DNA from: Clostridia bacterium
Lineage (GTDB): Bacteria; Bacillota; Clostridia; RGIG6154
Assembly (NCBI GenBank): GCA_045660065.1
Contig: JAZRDC010000026.1
Coordinates: 5,823 to 69,822 of the forward strand
Direction: 5' to 3'
DNA length: 64,000 nucleotides
Each line of letters starts with the position of its first letter. The stretch's first letter is position 1. Positions 27,215 to 35,367 of the stretch are shown here, one piece after another. The notes beneath the pieces were generated by a model. The model was not told where the DNA came from, did not search any database, and saw only the letters and a program-made list of their open reading frames with translations. A program made the position numbers and the translations under genes.

Positions 27215-27242
27215 ACTATATGCTGCTTGTACAATTTTAGAA
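27215..27242 (-). promoter_or_regulatory. Possible sigma-E-type sporulation promoter for spoIIIA (-35 TTCTAAA, -10 CATATAGT)
   Basis: The -10 CATATAGT (reverse complement of 27215-27222) resembles the σE -10 consensus CATACA-T. The -35-like TTCTAAA lies 13 nt upstream. It sits between the upstream terminator and the spoIIIAA RBS. Confidence 0.25.
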
Positions 27243-27270
27243 CAAAAAAATAACCGCCTGAAAAGCGGTT
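27243..27270 (-). terminator. Rho-independent terminator after the DUF4363-like gene
   Basis: The stem AACCGC / GCGGTT (27252-27257 / 27265-27270) has a 7-nt loop. On the minus strand it is followed by ATTTTTTTG (reverse complement of the A-run at 27243-27250). Confidence 0.5.
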
Positions 27271-27271
27271 A

Positions 27272-27652
27272 TCAAAATATATTTTCCAATGTGGGTTTTA
27301 CACCTTCAACTGAGTAATTCAAAAGATATCTGAATTTATTTAAACTGCTCATAACCACTGGATCCCCAACTTCTTCACCATAAGCCTTAATTTCCTGTAT
27401 GCACTGTGCCATTTCCAATATTTGATCGTGGTCTTCAAATGCCATAAGCCAATTTTTTACTTCTTCAAAATTATCGCTTAACTTCTTAGTTGTTTGCTTT
27501 AATTTTTCCTTGTCATAGGTTTCAGCGTATTTTTGTATTTCAAAAGTTATCTGATATATTTCTTCTGCCTTTTTTTCAAGAATAAACTGATAAAAAATCA
27601 CGCCAACCAAAACAAAACAAAAAAAGGAAATTGATATTATAAAACTTTTCAT
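27272..27652 (-). CDS. DUF4363-like small protein (N-terminal TM, helical domain), partner of the DUF421 protein
   Basis: The 126-aa ORF overlaps the upstream DUF421/YetF-like gene by 4 nt. I recall this pairing as recurrent, but cannot verify the family. Confidence 0.45.
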   Translation of the reverse strand: MKSFIISISFFCFVLVGVIFYQFILEKKAEEIYQITFEIQKYAETYDKEKLKQTTKKLSDNFEEVKNWLMAFEDHDQILEMAQCIQEIKAYGEEVGDPVVMSSLNKFRYLLNYSVEGVKPTLENIF

Positions 27653-28320
27653 TTCTCCTCCTTTTTTTGCAGGAAATATTCCTGTCCGTCCGAGGACATC
27701 AAAAATACATCCTTAAGTTTTGTTTTTTCTTTTTTTAGTATCTCTTCAACCCATTTATTGTTTTTCCCGATTTCTTGTAAATTTGTTGTTTCTACTATAC
27801 CATCTTTAATGATATTTTTGTGCATAGTTGCATCTTTTACTTTCATATTCAAATCTTTTGGACTCAACGGTTTTAAATGGGCTTTGGGGATAATACTGAT
27901 TTCTCCGTTGGTTTCTAAAATAGCATATTCAATTTCACCAACTGATGTGTAACCGTTCATTCTTAATTCTTCGGACAAATCGTCAATATTAACTCTTAAT
28001 CTTTTTAATTCTTTAATATCAATTTTTCCTTTGTTTATAATAAGGCTTGCAGAGCCCGAGAGAATTTTTCTTACTTTTTCACTTTTCTGAGATAAAAATG
28101 ACAGCACAATTTCTGCCGTCATAAGGGTGATTATTGGTATTATTCCGCTAAGTAAAGGCTTTCCGGTCGACTCCATCGGAACAGTTGCAATATCTGAAAC
28201 CATTATCGCAAGAATCAGTTCGCTTGGTTGCAACTGTCCTATTTGTCTTTTCCCCATACATCTGAAAATTATTATAATTGAAAAATATAATATCAGCGTT
28301 CTAATAAGTGAAATCAGCAA
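27649..28320 (-). CDS. DUF421 (YetF/YdfS-like) membrane protein
   Basis: The N-terminal membrane domain has the conserved block MGKRQIGQLQPSELILAIMVSDIA. A C-terminal YetF-type soluble domain follows. Confidence 0.75.
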   Translation of the reverse strand: MLISLIRTLILYFSIIIIFRCMGKRQIGQLQPSELILAIMVSDIATVPMESTGKPLLSGIIPIITLMTAEIVLSFLSQKSEKVRKILSGSASLIINKGKIDIKELKRLRVNIDDLSEELRMNGYTSVGEIEYAILETNGEISIIPKAHLKPLSPKDLNMKVKDATMHKNIIKDGIVETTNLQEIGKNNKWVEEILKKEKTKLKDVFLMSSDGQEYFLQKKEEK

Positions 28321-28362
28321 TCAAATACACTCCTTAAGAGGTATTATCTGCTATTTTAATTA

Positions 28363-29058
28363 TTAATATTCCTTATTTTCAAACTCTTTGCGCATTTTGC
28401 CAAGGGCCTTTTTCTCAATCCTTGAAACATAAGACCTTGATATTCCCAGGAGTTTTGCTATTTCCCTTTGAGTTTTTTCCGCATATCCTTCAAGTCCGTA
28501 TCTGTACCTTATGACTGTTTTTTCTCTGTTTGTTAAAACATCCTCCAATATGCCATACATTTTTTTAATCTGCGCAGTAAGTTCCACCCGTTCGATAACA
28601 TCTTCATCTTCCTGAGATACTATATCTAAAAAACTGATTTCATTGCCTTCTTTATCAATACCAATGGGTTCTTCAAGTGAAACTTCATTGGCAAATTTTT
28701 TACCGCCTCGTATAATCATCAGTATTTCATTTTCGATACATCTGGAAGCGTATGTCGCAAGTCTGATACCTTTTTCTGCATCAAAAGTATTTATTGCTTT
28801 AATCAGTCCGATTGTGCCTATAGAAATTAAATCATCTGCTTCTACATTGGCAGAGTTATACTTTTTGGCAATGTATGCAACAAGACGCAGATTTTTTTCA
28901 ATCAAAGTATTTCTTGCAGACATATCGCCTGATTTCATTTTTTCAAGCTGTTCTTTTTCCTCCTTTGCGCTAAGTGGTTTCGGAAAAGAATTAGATGTGG
29001 AAACATACGACAGTAAAAAAAGCACCTGACTCATTACAGAGCCGAACAAAACAAACAT
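28363..29058 (-). CDS. sigK: RNA polymerase sporulation sigma factor sigma-K (pro-σK, uninterrupted)
   Basis: The hydrophobic pro-sequence ends …YVSTSNSFPKPLS, as B. subtilis pro-σK does with YVKNNAFPQPLS. The region-2 (DLISIGTIGLIKAI) and region-4 (REIAKLLGISRSYVSRIEKKAL) blocks match SigK, and no intervening element is present. Confidence 0.85.
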   Translation of the reverse strand: MFVLFGSVMSQVLFLLSYVSTSNSFPKPLSAKEEKEQLEKMKSGDMSARNTLIEKNLRLVAYIAKKYNSANVEADDLISIGTIGLIKAINTFDAEKGIRLATYASRCIENEILMIIRGGKKFANEVSLEEPIGIDKEGNEISFLDIVSQEDEDVIERVELTAQIKKMYGILEDVLTNREKTVIRYRYGLEGYAEKTQREIAKLLGISRSYVSRIEKKALGKMRKEFENKEY

Positions 29059-29076
29059 TATACTCCTCCTTTGTAG

Positions 29077-29084
29077 AGTATATG
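29077..29084 (-). promoter_or_regulatory. Sporulation-sigma type -10 element (CATATACT) upstream of sigK
   Basis: The minus-strand CATATACT lies about 20 nt upstream of the sigK ATG and matches the σE/σK -10 consensus CATA…TA. I could not assign a -35 confidently. Confidence 0.25.
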
Positions 29085-29112
29085 TTTTTTATATTTTATT
29101 TTGCAAGTCCAT

Positions 29113-29144
29113 AAAAAAAGACTTTCCTCCAAAAAGGAAAGTCT
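29113..29144 (-). terminator. Rho-independent terminator after yabR
   Basis: A 9-bp stem AGACTTTCC / GGAAAGTCT (29119-29127 / 29136-29144) with an 8-nt loop is followed on the minus strand by TTTTTTTAT. Confidence 0.5.
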
Positions 29145-29150
29145 AAATAA

Positions 29151-29576
29151 TTAATAGTTTTGTCTTCTTGAACCGCAACTTCCGCGTTTTGATTCAAAGT
29201 TACGTTTTAAAGTCTGTTGTCTTTCATCACTGTCTGATTTAAAACGGCTGATTTTATCTTCAAAAGAGAGATTTGCAGCAGAAGGTTTAGTAAACATTTC
29301 AACATCTGCAGGTCTTGATGCTTTTAAAGCAGCTTCTTCCTCCTGAACTTTTTTAATAGATAAACTAACCTTTCCGCCCGGAGCAACAGAAACAACCTTA
29401 ACTTTAACGCTATCATTAACTTTAAGATGATCGTTGATATCCTTAACATAATCCATCGCTACTTCAGAAATATGTACAAGCCCTGTGATTTTTGTGCCAT
29501 CAATCTGCACAAAAGCACCAAAATTAGTTATACCTGTAATCTTTCCGTTTAACACACTGCCTACTTCAAGCTGCAT
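29151..29576 (-). CDS. S1 RNA-binding domain protein (YabR-like)
   Basis: The N-terminal S1 domain reads VGSVLNGKITGITNFGAFVQIDGTKITGLVHISEVAMDYVKDINDHLKVNDSVKVKVVSV. Its position after divIC matches B. subtilis yabR. Confidence 0.75.
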   Translation of the reverse strand: MQLEVGSVLNGKITGITNFGAFVQIDGTKITGLVHISEVAMDYVKDINDHLKVNDSVKVKVVSVAPGGKVSLSIKKVQEEEAALKASRPADVEMFTKPSAANLSFEDKISRFKSDSDERQQTLKRNFESKRGSCGSRRQNY

Positions 29577-29614
29577 AAAACTTAAATCCTCCTTGGTTTA
29601 CCTTACACTTACAA

Positions 29615-29905
29615 TTATCTTGATGAGTCAACAAATAAGCGTTCATTCTCTTTAAGGAAACCTAACTTCTCACGCGCAATTTTTTCTACGCGTTTGATTT
29701 CATTTTCTGTTTTCATTTCAGTTTCAATTTCCTTTTTAAGTTCATTCTGAACTTTGATTTCACTTCTTATTGTATCTGCTTTATCTGATAATTGACTAAT
29801 AGTAACCTGCTGTTGTATTAAAACAACACAAAAATAAACTGCCAAAACCATAGGAAGAACTAAAAACATTAAACTCTTTTTTCCGGTTTTCGTTTTCTTC
29901 GACAC
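29615..29905 (-). CDS. divIC: Septum formation initiator DivIC/FtsB family
   Basis: The 96-aa ORF has a basic N-terminus, one TM helix and a coiled coil (QLSDKADTIRSEIKVQNELKKEIE). It sits between yabQ and yabR and overlaps yabQ by 37 nt. Confidence 0.7.
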   Translation of the reverse strand: MSKKTKTGKKSLMFLVLPMVLAVYFCVVLIQQQVTISQLSDKADTIRSEIKVQNELKKEIETEMKTENEIKRVEKIAREKLGFLKENERLFVDSSR

Positions 29906-30414
29906 GGCTTACGCTCCTTGCAAAATTTATTGCCTAAATACAAAATCCCTACATTACACTTTATTTTAAAACAAAATTGCTTAAATGTCAATGCTATTTT
30001 CGCTTTTTTTGATAAAAGTTTTTGTTTTATTTTTAAAAATGGCAAAATTATAATTCTGCAAAGAGAAATTACAGGATACAACATTATTTTCAAAATATAT
30101 TTTATTAATTTGTTTGTCCATATAAAAATTCTTACAACATATGCACTTAACAACCATCTGTAAATTACAAATGCTACTATTGATGAAACCATCATATATC
30201 CTCTTATTTCCGCGCCGTTTAACTTTAAAATAAAACTAAATATAACAACTGATATTATTATATAATAAAAAATATCTTGCAAAACTAACTGCCTTGCTTT
30301 TACTATTTTCCCGAACCGTGCCGCCTTAAACAAATCAAAAATAATTCCGCAGATTATACCCAGCACAAAACAACTAACCACTACATTTATTTCCAGGGTA
30401 ACAGAATTGCTCAT
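29869..30414 (-). CDS. yabQ: Spore cortex biosynthesis membrane protein YabQ
   Basis: The 181-aa multi-TM protein lies immediately downstream of yabP, the conserved yabP-yabQ-divIC order. Confidence 0.6.
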   Translation of the reverse strand: MSNSVTLEINVVVSCFVLGIICGIIFDLFKAARFGKIVKARQLVLQDIFYYIIISVVIFSFILKLNGAEIRGYMMVSSIVAFVIYRWLLSAYVVRIFIWTNKLIKYILKIMLYPVISLCRIIILPFLKIKQKLLSKKAKIALTFKQFCFKIKCNVGILYLGNKFCKERKPCRRKRKPEKRV

Positions 30415-30428
30415 ATTTCATTTCCCCG

Positions 30429-30716
30429 CTACTTGAAAAGTTTTGCAAAAAAACCGCCCGAACTTTCCCCTTGTCCGTCATTATAAACAACAGAAAATAC
30501 ATAGCCTTCGATACTCATTTCGCCCTCATCCACGCTCAAAGTGTTAATATGCAGATTTTCGCCTTCCAATGTAATCATTCCATCCGTTGTTTCGGCTATG
30601 ATTTTTTCCTCGTCGAAAGATACAACATTTTCTACTCCTGAAATGCTGATTTTCTCTCTGTTTTCAATGATAATATTATGCAGCACACTATCCTTTAAAA
30701 ATTTCTTTTCTTCCAT
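30429..30716 (-). CDS. yabP: Sporulation protein YabP
   Basis: The 95-aa ORF has the YabP signature ISISGVENVVSFDEEKIIAETTDGMITLEGENLHI. Confidence 0.8.
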   Translation of the reverse strand: MEEKKFLKDSVLHNIIIENREKISISGVENVVSFDEEKIIAETTDGMITLEGENLHINTLSVDEGEMSIEGYVFSVVYNDGQGESSGGFFAKLFK

Positions 30717-30774
30717 AAAAAAACTCCTTTGCCTTTTTTATAAATTGTATTTGGCAAAAGAGTTATTTATTACA

Positions 30775-31020
30775 TTAATCAAATTGTCTATACATAAGTG
30801 GTGCATCATCTTTGGTTACATGTTTATCATCAACTTTCAGGATTTCTGCCTTTACCACCTTATCACCCAAAGATATTGACAATACATCACCGACTTTTAC
30901 TTCAGCAGACGCTTTGACTACTTTATCGTTAATCATTATTCTTCCTTTATCACAGGCCTCATTAGCAACTGTGCGTCTTTTGATAAGTCTTGATACTTTT
31001 AAGAATTTATCTACTCGCAT
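30775..31020 (-). CDS. RNA-binding S4 domain protein (YabO / Hsp15-like)
   Basis: The S4 domain reads MRVDKFLKVSRLIKRRTVANEACDKGRIMINDKVVKASAEVKVGD. I chose the internal start at 31020, since the longer ORF-track start adds a non-conserved extension. Confidence 0.75.
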   Translation of the reverse strand: MRVDKFLKVSRLIKRRTVANEACDKGRIMINDKVVKASAEVKVGDVLSISLGDKVVKAEILKVDDKHVTKDDAPLMYRQFD

Positions 31021-31086
31021 TTTCTCCTCCGATTTATACAAAAAAGACAGTCCGATCAAAAAATCGAACTGTCCTTCAGGGCTAAA

Positions 31087-31362
31087 TTATTTTATAGCAT
31101 CTTTGAAAGCTTTACCAGCTTTGAATGCTGGAGCTTTAGAAGCTGGGATAGTGATTTCCTGTTTTGTACGAGGATTTCTACCCTTTCTTGCAGCTCTTGT
31201 CTTAACTTCAAATGTACCAAAGCCAACTAACTGTACTTTGTCATCTTTTGCTAATGCACCTTCAACGCTTTCAATAAAAGCAGCTAATGCTTTTTCAGCA
31301 TCTTTCTTTGAAAGTTCAGCTTTTTCTGCGATAGCAGCGATAAGTTCTGTCTTATTCATCAT
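31087..31362 (-). CDS. hup: DNA-binding protein HU
   Basis: [32 protein letters not shown]…GFGTFEV…[33 protein letters not shown] is a textbook HU sequence. Confidence 0.9.
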   Translation of the reverse strand: MMNKTELIAAIAEKAELSKKDAEKALAAFIESVEGALAKDDKVQLVGFGTFEVKTRAARKGRNPRTKQEITIPASKAPAFKAGKAFKDAIK

Positions 31363-31563
31363 AAAACACCTCCCATTTTTTTATAATACAAATTGGAATA
31401 TATAAAAGGCAAAAAGCCATTTTATCGAGTCCACATCAACTATTATAAACAATTTTCAAACAATATTCAAGTGTTTTTTTTAATTTTTTCCATATTTTTT
31501 GTTATTTTCTTGTTTTTGACACTTTAATTTGCTTTTTATTGTCATTATTTACCAATATATTAG

Positions 31564-33153
31564 CTATTTTAAAAACATTTTAAAGATTTTAGCTATTTTT
31601 TCACCGCATGGCATAGCCAAAACATCCTGTTTATTAACTGCTTTTAACACTAAAAGTAAAGCAAAATATACAATCGCTGACAATGCAATTGATGCAAGAA
31701 GCGAAACAGAATTTGACGATGTTATTCCAAGCACAAAATTATAACTTACATTTGCACATACACCCATTATTGCAACAGAAATTATTGTCTTAATTATAAA
31801 GCCAACACCATAGTTGGGGGCAAAATACTTATGTATTGCAATAAGATTTAATGTCGCAGTAGTAAGGTAACACAAAACTGTGCCGATAGGTGCACCGTTA
31901 ATGTTAATATTGATGTTACCCACCAGAACATAGTTGACAACTATTTTTACAAGTCCACCAATACACATATTAATTACAGGCACCCATACATTTCCCCTTG
32001 CCTGAATAATTGCATTTGCAACCATAACCACGCTTACAAATATAACGCCATAGGCTAAAATTTTAAGCAAAAGTTCTGCTCCTGTATCTGCAAAAGCAAG
32101 ATTTAAAATAGGACCTGACAGAACTGACATTCCAACTGCACAAGGAAGTGCAATCAAAAGTGTAATTCTGATGGCAGTTTCAACTGTTTTGGTTGCAACA
32201 GCGTAATCTTTTTTAACCAATGCTACTGAAATAGCAGGAACTATACTTACCGCCAAAGATGCGATAATTGTCGGTGGAAGATTGAACATTGTTACAGCGT
32301 AACCTGAATAATAACCATACATTGTTGTTCTTGCATCTTCATCAAATCCAAGATCTGCAAGTTGTCGCATTATCATAGTTAAGTCAATCACACTTGCAAG
32401 TGTGAATACTGATGCTCCCAGAGTAATCGGAACTGCAAGTTTTATTAAATTTACTGCTATTGTTTTTGATTTTGTAGTTTGTTTTTCAGGTTTGCAGAGT
32501 TTTTTTACTTCTGGTCTTAATTTATACCAATAAAGCATTAAAAACAGTGCAGCAATAAATGTACCTGTTGAAACACCCAGTATTGCTCCTGATGCGGCAT
32601 ATTCAATGCCATAACTCAAAAACAGATAAGAAAGAAGCAGTCCTACAAACATTTTTCCACTTGCTTCAATTACTTCAGATATTGCAGTAGGCATCATATT
32701 GCTCATACCCTGATAAAAGCCTCTGTAAGCACTCATCAAAGATACAAAGAACAAACTCGGCGCCATTGCCATCATTGCAATTCCCGCACTTGGTATTTTC
32801 AAAAATCCCGCAAAGGCATTTGCTCCAAACAAAAGGATACAAAATCCGAGGACACCTAAAATAAACAAAATAACTCTTGAAACTTTAAATATTTTTAGTG
32901 CTTCGTTATAATTTTCTTTTGCAATGCTTTCGCTGACCATTTTAGATATTGCAACAGGAAGCCCCGCTGTTGAAACAATAAACAAAACATTATAAATTGT
33001 ATACGATGAGTTGTAAATTCCGATACCATCAGGGCCTAAAATATAGCGCGTGAGCGGAATTTTATATATAGCACCTATAATTTTAACAACAATATGCGCA
33101 ATTGCTATAATGAGTGCTCCCTGTAAAAATCCTTGCTTTTTAACTTTTTCCAA
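31564..33153 (-). CDS. MOP-superfamily flippase of the SpoVB/YabM polysaccharide-biosynthesis type
   Basis: The 529-aa, ~14-TM ORF has the Polysacc_synt N-terminal pattern (GALIIAIAHIVVKIIGAIYKIPLTRYILGPDGIGIY). Its position near the yab cluster fits yabM/spoVB. Confidence 0.65.
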   Translation of the reverse strand: MEKVKKQGFLQGALIIAIAHIVVKIIGAIYKIPLTRYILGPDGIGIYNSSYTIYNVLFIVSTAGLPVAISKMVSESIAKENYNEALKIFKVSRVILFILGVLGFCILLFGANAFAGFLKIPSAGIAMMAMAPSLFFVSLMSAYRGFYQGMSNMMPTAISEVIEASGKMFVGLLLSYLFLSYGIEYAASGAILGVSTGTFIAALFLMLYWYKLRPEVKKLCKPEKQTTKSKTIAVNLIKLAVPITLGASVFTLASVIDLTMIMRQLADLGFDEDARTTMYGYYSGYAVTMFNLPPTIIASLAVSIVPAISVALVKKDYAVATKTVETAIRITLLIALPCAVGMSVLSGPILNLAFADTGAELLLKILAYGVIFVSVVMVANAIIQARGNVWVPVINMCIGGLVKIVVNYVLVGNINININGAPIGTVLCYLTTATLNLIAIHKYFAPNYGVGFIIKTIISVAIMGVCANVSYNFVLGITSSNSVSLLASIALSAIVYFALLLVLKAVNKQDVLAMPCGEKIAKIFKMFLK

Positions 33154-33232
33154 AGTCTCCGACCTCCAAATAATGTTATTATAAGTATACCAAATTTCTA
33201 CTTACAAATCAATAGTTTTATAAACTTAGTTC

Positions 33233-33261
33233 TTGCATTTATTCAGTATATTTGATATAAT
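33233..33261 (+). promoter_or_regulatory. Strong sigma-A promoter (TTGCAT-N17-TATAAT) for the 63-aa Cys-rich ORF
   Basis: The -35 TTGCAT is at 33233-33238, the spacer is 17 nt, and a consensus -10 TATAAT is at 33256-33261. The RBS GAGGTG at 33284-33289 lies 5 nt before the ATG at 33295. Confidence 0.45.
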
Positions 33262-33294
33262 AAGACGAATTCTAACAAATTATGAGGTGTTACG

Positions 33295-33486
33295 ATGGAA
33301 AATATCAATGTTTGCAACACATGTGTATATGCTACTGTTTTAGTTACTGATGAAATACTTTGCTCTAAATATGGAGTTTTAAATTGCAACGATGCCTGCA
33401 AGCACTTTAAAGAAGATCTTACTAAAAAGCAGGTCAGAAAAAAAAGAACAGTAAAATTTAACAGTTTAGAAAATAACGCTAACTGA
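33295..33486 (+). CDS. Small Cys-rich protein (CxxC…C…Cx3C) with a basic C-terminal tail; hypothetical
   Basis: The 63-aa sequence is MENINVCNTCVYATVLVTDEILCSKYGVLNCNDACKHF…KKQVRKKRTVKF. It has a consensus promoter and RBS, and its 3' end overlaps the gpr stop region by 8 nt (convergent). Confidence 0.45.
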   Translation: MENINVCNTCVYATVLVTDEILCSKYGVLNCNDACKHFKEDLTKKQVRKKRTVKFNSLENNAN

Positions 33487-34393
33487 TATAACTGTCAATT
33501 TCATCAATTTTTATATTGTGAAATGTTATATTTATCCCACTTGAAATAATACTTGCCATTTGTTTTGTAAGTCTATCTGTTTCTTTTGGTGTAACTGTAA
33601 ACAAGGTGTTTTCACCTTGTTTTTTTTCACTTATTTTTTCTAAAATTTCATTTTTATTAATTATCCCCAGAGAATCAACTGCATCATATGCAAGAGTGAG
33701 TGCATCGACTACCATTGGCACTCCAATTGAAATAACGGGAATTCCAAGTGATTTTTTTGTTATTTCTTTTCTGTGATTGCCTATGCCCGAACCCGGATTT
33801 ATGCCTGTGTCTGACATCTGGATTGTTGTAGCAACTCTTTCTGTTTTTCTTGATGCTAATGCGTCAACAGCAATTACTGCATCGGGGTGAACTTTTTCAC
33901 ATATTCCTTTTATAACATCTGCGGTTTCCACCCCGGTTATCCCCATAACTCCTGGAACTGCTGCATATATCAGTCCAAGTTCTCCAAGGCTTTTAGGCGC
34001 AAGTTCTGCCAAATGACCTGTTACTATCAGTTTATCTACTGTCCACGGGCCTAACGCATCTGAGGTTATTAATCTGTTTCCAAGTCCTGCAACCAAAATT
34101 TTTTTCTTTTCAAATCCCGGTAAAAGTTTTTTTAATTCACTTTTGATAAGTTCAATTGCCTCTTTGTGATAGACATATCCGTAATTCAAAAATTCGGGCA
34201 TTTCTATGGTGATGTAATTTCCTACGGGTTTTCCGATAGCACTGCTTCCCTTTTCGTTTATCACCTTAACTTCTGTAACAATTACATTTGTATATTCATA
34301 AGTTTTTGCTTCCACTCCGTCAATCTCGCTTGTGTTTCCTGCGTTTTCGTGATACATTTCTTTTGCTTCCAAAGCAAGGTCTGTTCTTAACAT
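33479..34393 (-). CDS. gpr: Germination protease GPR (SASP-degrading endopeptidase)
   Basis: MLRTDLALEA…ILVAGLGNRLITSDALGP…MGITGVETADVI… match the GPR family. The ORF is 304 aa. Confidence 0.85.
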   Translation of the reverse strand: MLRTDLALEAKEMYHENAGNTSEIDGVEAKTYEYTNVIVTEVKVINEKGSSAIGKPVGNYITIEMPEFLNYGYVYHKEAIELIKSELKKLLPGFEKKKILVAGLGNRLITSDALGPWTVDKLIVTGHLAELAPKSLGELGLIYAAVPGVMGITGVETADVIKGICEKVHPDAVIAVDALASRKTERVATTIQMSDTGINPGSGIGNHRKEITKKSLGIPVISIGVPMVVDALTLAYDAVDSLGIINKNEILEKISEKKQGENTLFTVTPKETDRLTKQMASIISSGINITFHNIKIDEIDSYIS

Positions 34394-34404
34394 TAATTCA
34401 CCTC

Positions 34405-34436
34405 AAAAAAAATAAAAGTATCCTAAAAAGGATACC
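34405..34436 (-). terminator. Rho-independent terminator after ribF
   Basis: The stem GGTATCC / GGATACT (34418-34423 / 34430-34436) has a 6-nt loop. On the minus strand it is followed by TTTTATTTTTTTT (reverse complement of the A-run at 34405-34417). Confidence 0.5.
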
Positions 34437-34455
34437 TTTATTATAAAACAACCTA

Positions 34456-35364
34456 TTAAAAATATTCTTTTGCATTTTGTAAATCTGACTGAATTTGCTC
34501 TTTCAATTCTTCCAAACTGTCAAATTTCTTTTCTTCACGCAAAAAATTAAGTAAATTAAATGATATTTTTTTACCGTAAAAATCACCTTCAGCATCAATA
34601 ATATGTGCTTCAAGCAACGGTGTATTTCCACCAACTGTGGGCTTAATACCAATATTGATTATGGAATTATACTCCACACAATCTATTATGGTTTTACCTG
34701 CATAAACGCCGAATTTGGGTACAATTTTATCACTGCCAAAATTAATATTTGCAGTAGGAAAACCAATTCCTGTTCCCAGATGATTACCGTGAACAACTTC
34801 TCCCTCTATGGAAAAAGGTCTGCCAAGCATTTTATTGGCGCAAGTTACATCACCATTTTTAAGAAATTCACGAATTTTTGAACTTGAAACAATCAAACCG
34901 TCTTGTTCAAAAAGGTCTTCAACATTGGTTTCAATTCCAAATTGCTCTGCAAAAGATTTCAAAAAAGCACTTGTGCCTTTGGCTTTTGCACCAAAAGAAT
35001 AATGTTTGCCAACAACAATATGTTTTGCACCTAATTTTTCAGCAACTGTTTTTTCGACAAATTCTTCAGGTGAAAGGGCTAAAAACTTTTCATCTGGCTT
35101 CTGATACACTAATACATCTATACCAAGATTATCAAAAATCTTCTCTTTTTCAGAATTCGAAGTCAAAATTTCAATATTTTTGCCAAAAAACTTCTGCGGA
35201 TGTTCGGAAAAAGTATATATAACTGAAAGCAAGTCGTTTTCTTTGGCAATTCTTACTGCTTTTTCTATAAGCATTTTATGGGCGCAATGCACACCATCAA
35301 AATTTCCCAACACCACAACCGAATTTTTTAATGTTAAATTATCGTTTGCGTAAAATATTTTCAT
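34456..35364 (-). CDS. ribF: Bifunctional riboflavin kinase / FMN adenylyltransferase
   Basis: It has an N-terminal FAD synthetase domain (VVLGNFDGVHCAHKMLI) and a C-terminal riboflavin kinase domain (FSIEGEVVHGNHLGTGIGFPTAN). Confidence 0.85.
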   Translation of the reverse strand: MKIFYANDNLTLKNSVVVLGNFDGVHCAHKMLIEKAVRIAKENDLLSVIYTFSEHPQKFFGKNIEILTSNSEKEKIFDNLGIDVLVYQKPDEKFLALSPEEFVEKTVAEKLGAKHIVVGKHYSFGAKAKGTSAFLKSFAEQFGIETNVEDLFEQDGLIVSSSKIREFLKNGDVTCANKMLGRPFSIEGEVVHGNHLGTGIGFPTANINFGSDKIVPKFGVYAGKTIIDCVEYNSIINIGIKPTVGGNTPLLEAHIIDAEGDFYGKKISFNLLNFLREEKKFDSLEELKEQIQSDLQNAKEYF

Positions 35365-35367
35365 TTA

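Noticed and set aside
28363-29058. Checked sigK for interruption by a skin-like element
   Set aside because: The reading frame is continuous from the pro-peptide through region 4.2, with no insertion.
30812-31405. 197-aa plus-strand ORF antisense to yabO and hup
   Set aside because: It is the antisense shadow of two highly conserved genes. It has a low-complexity composition and no start context.
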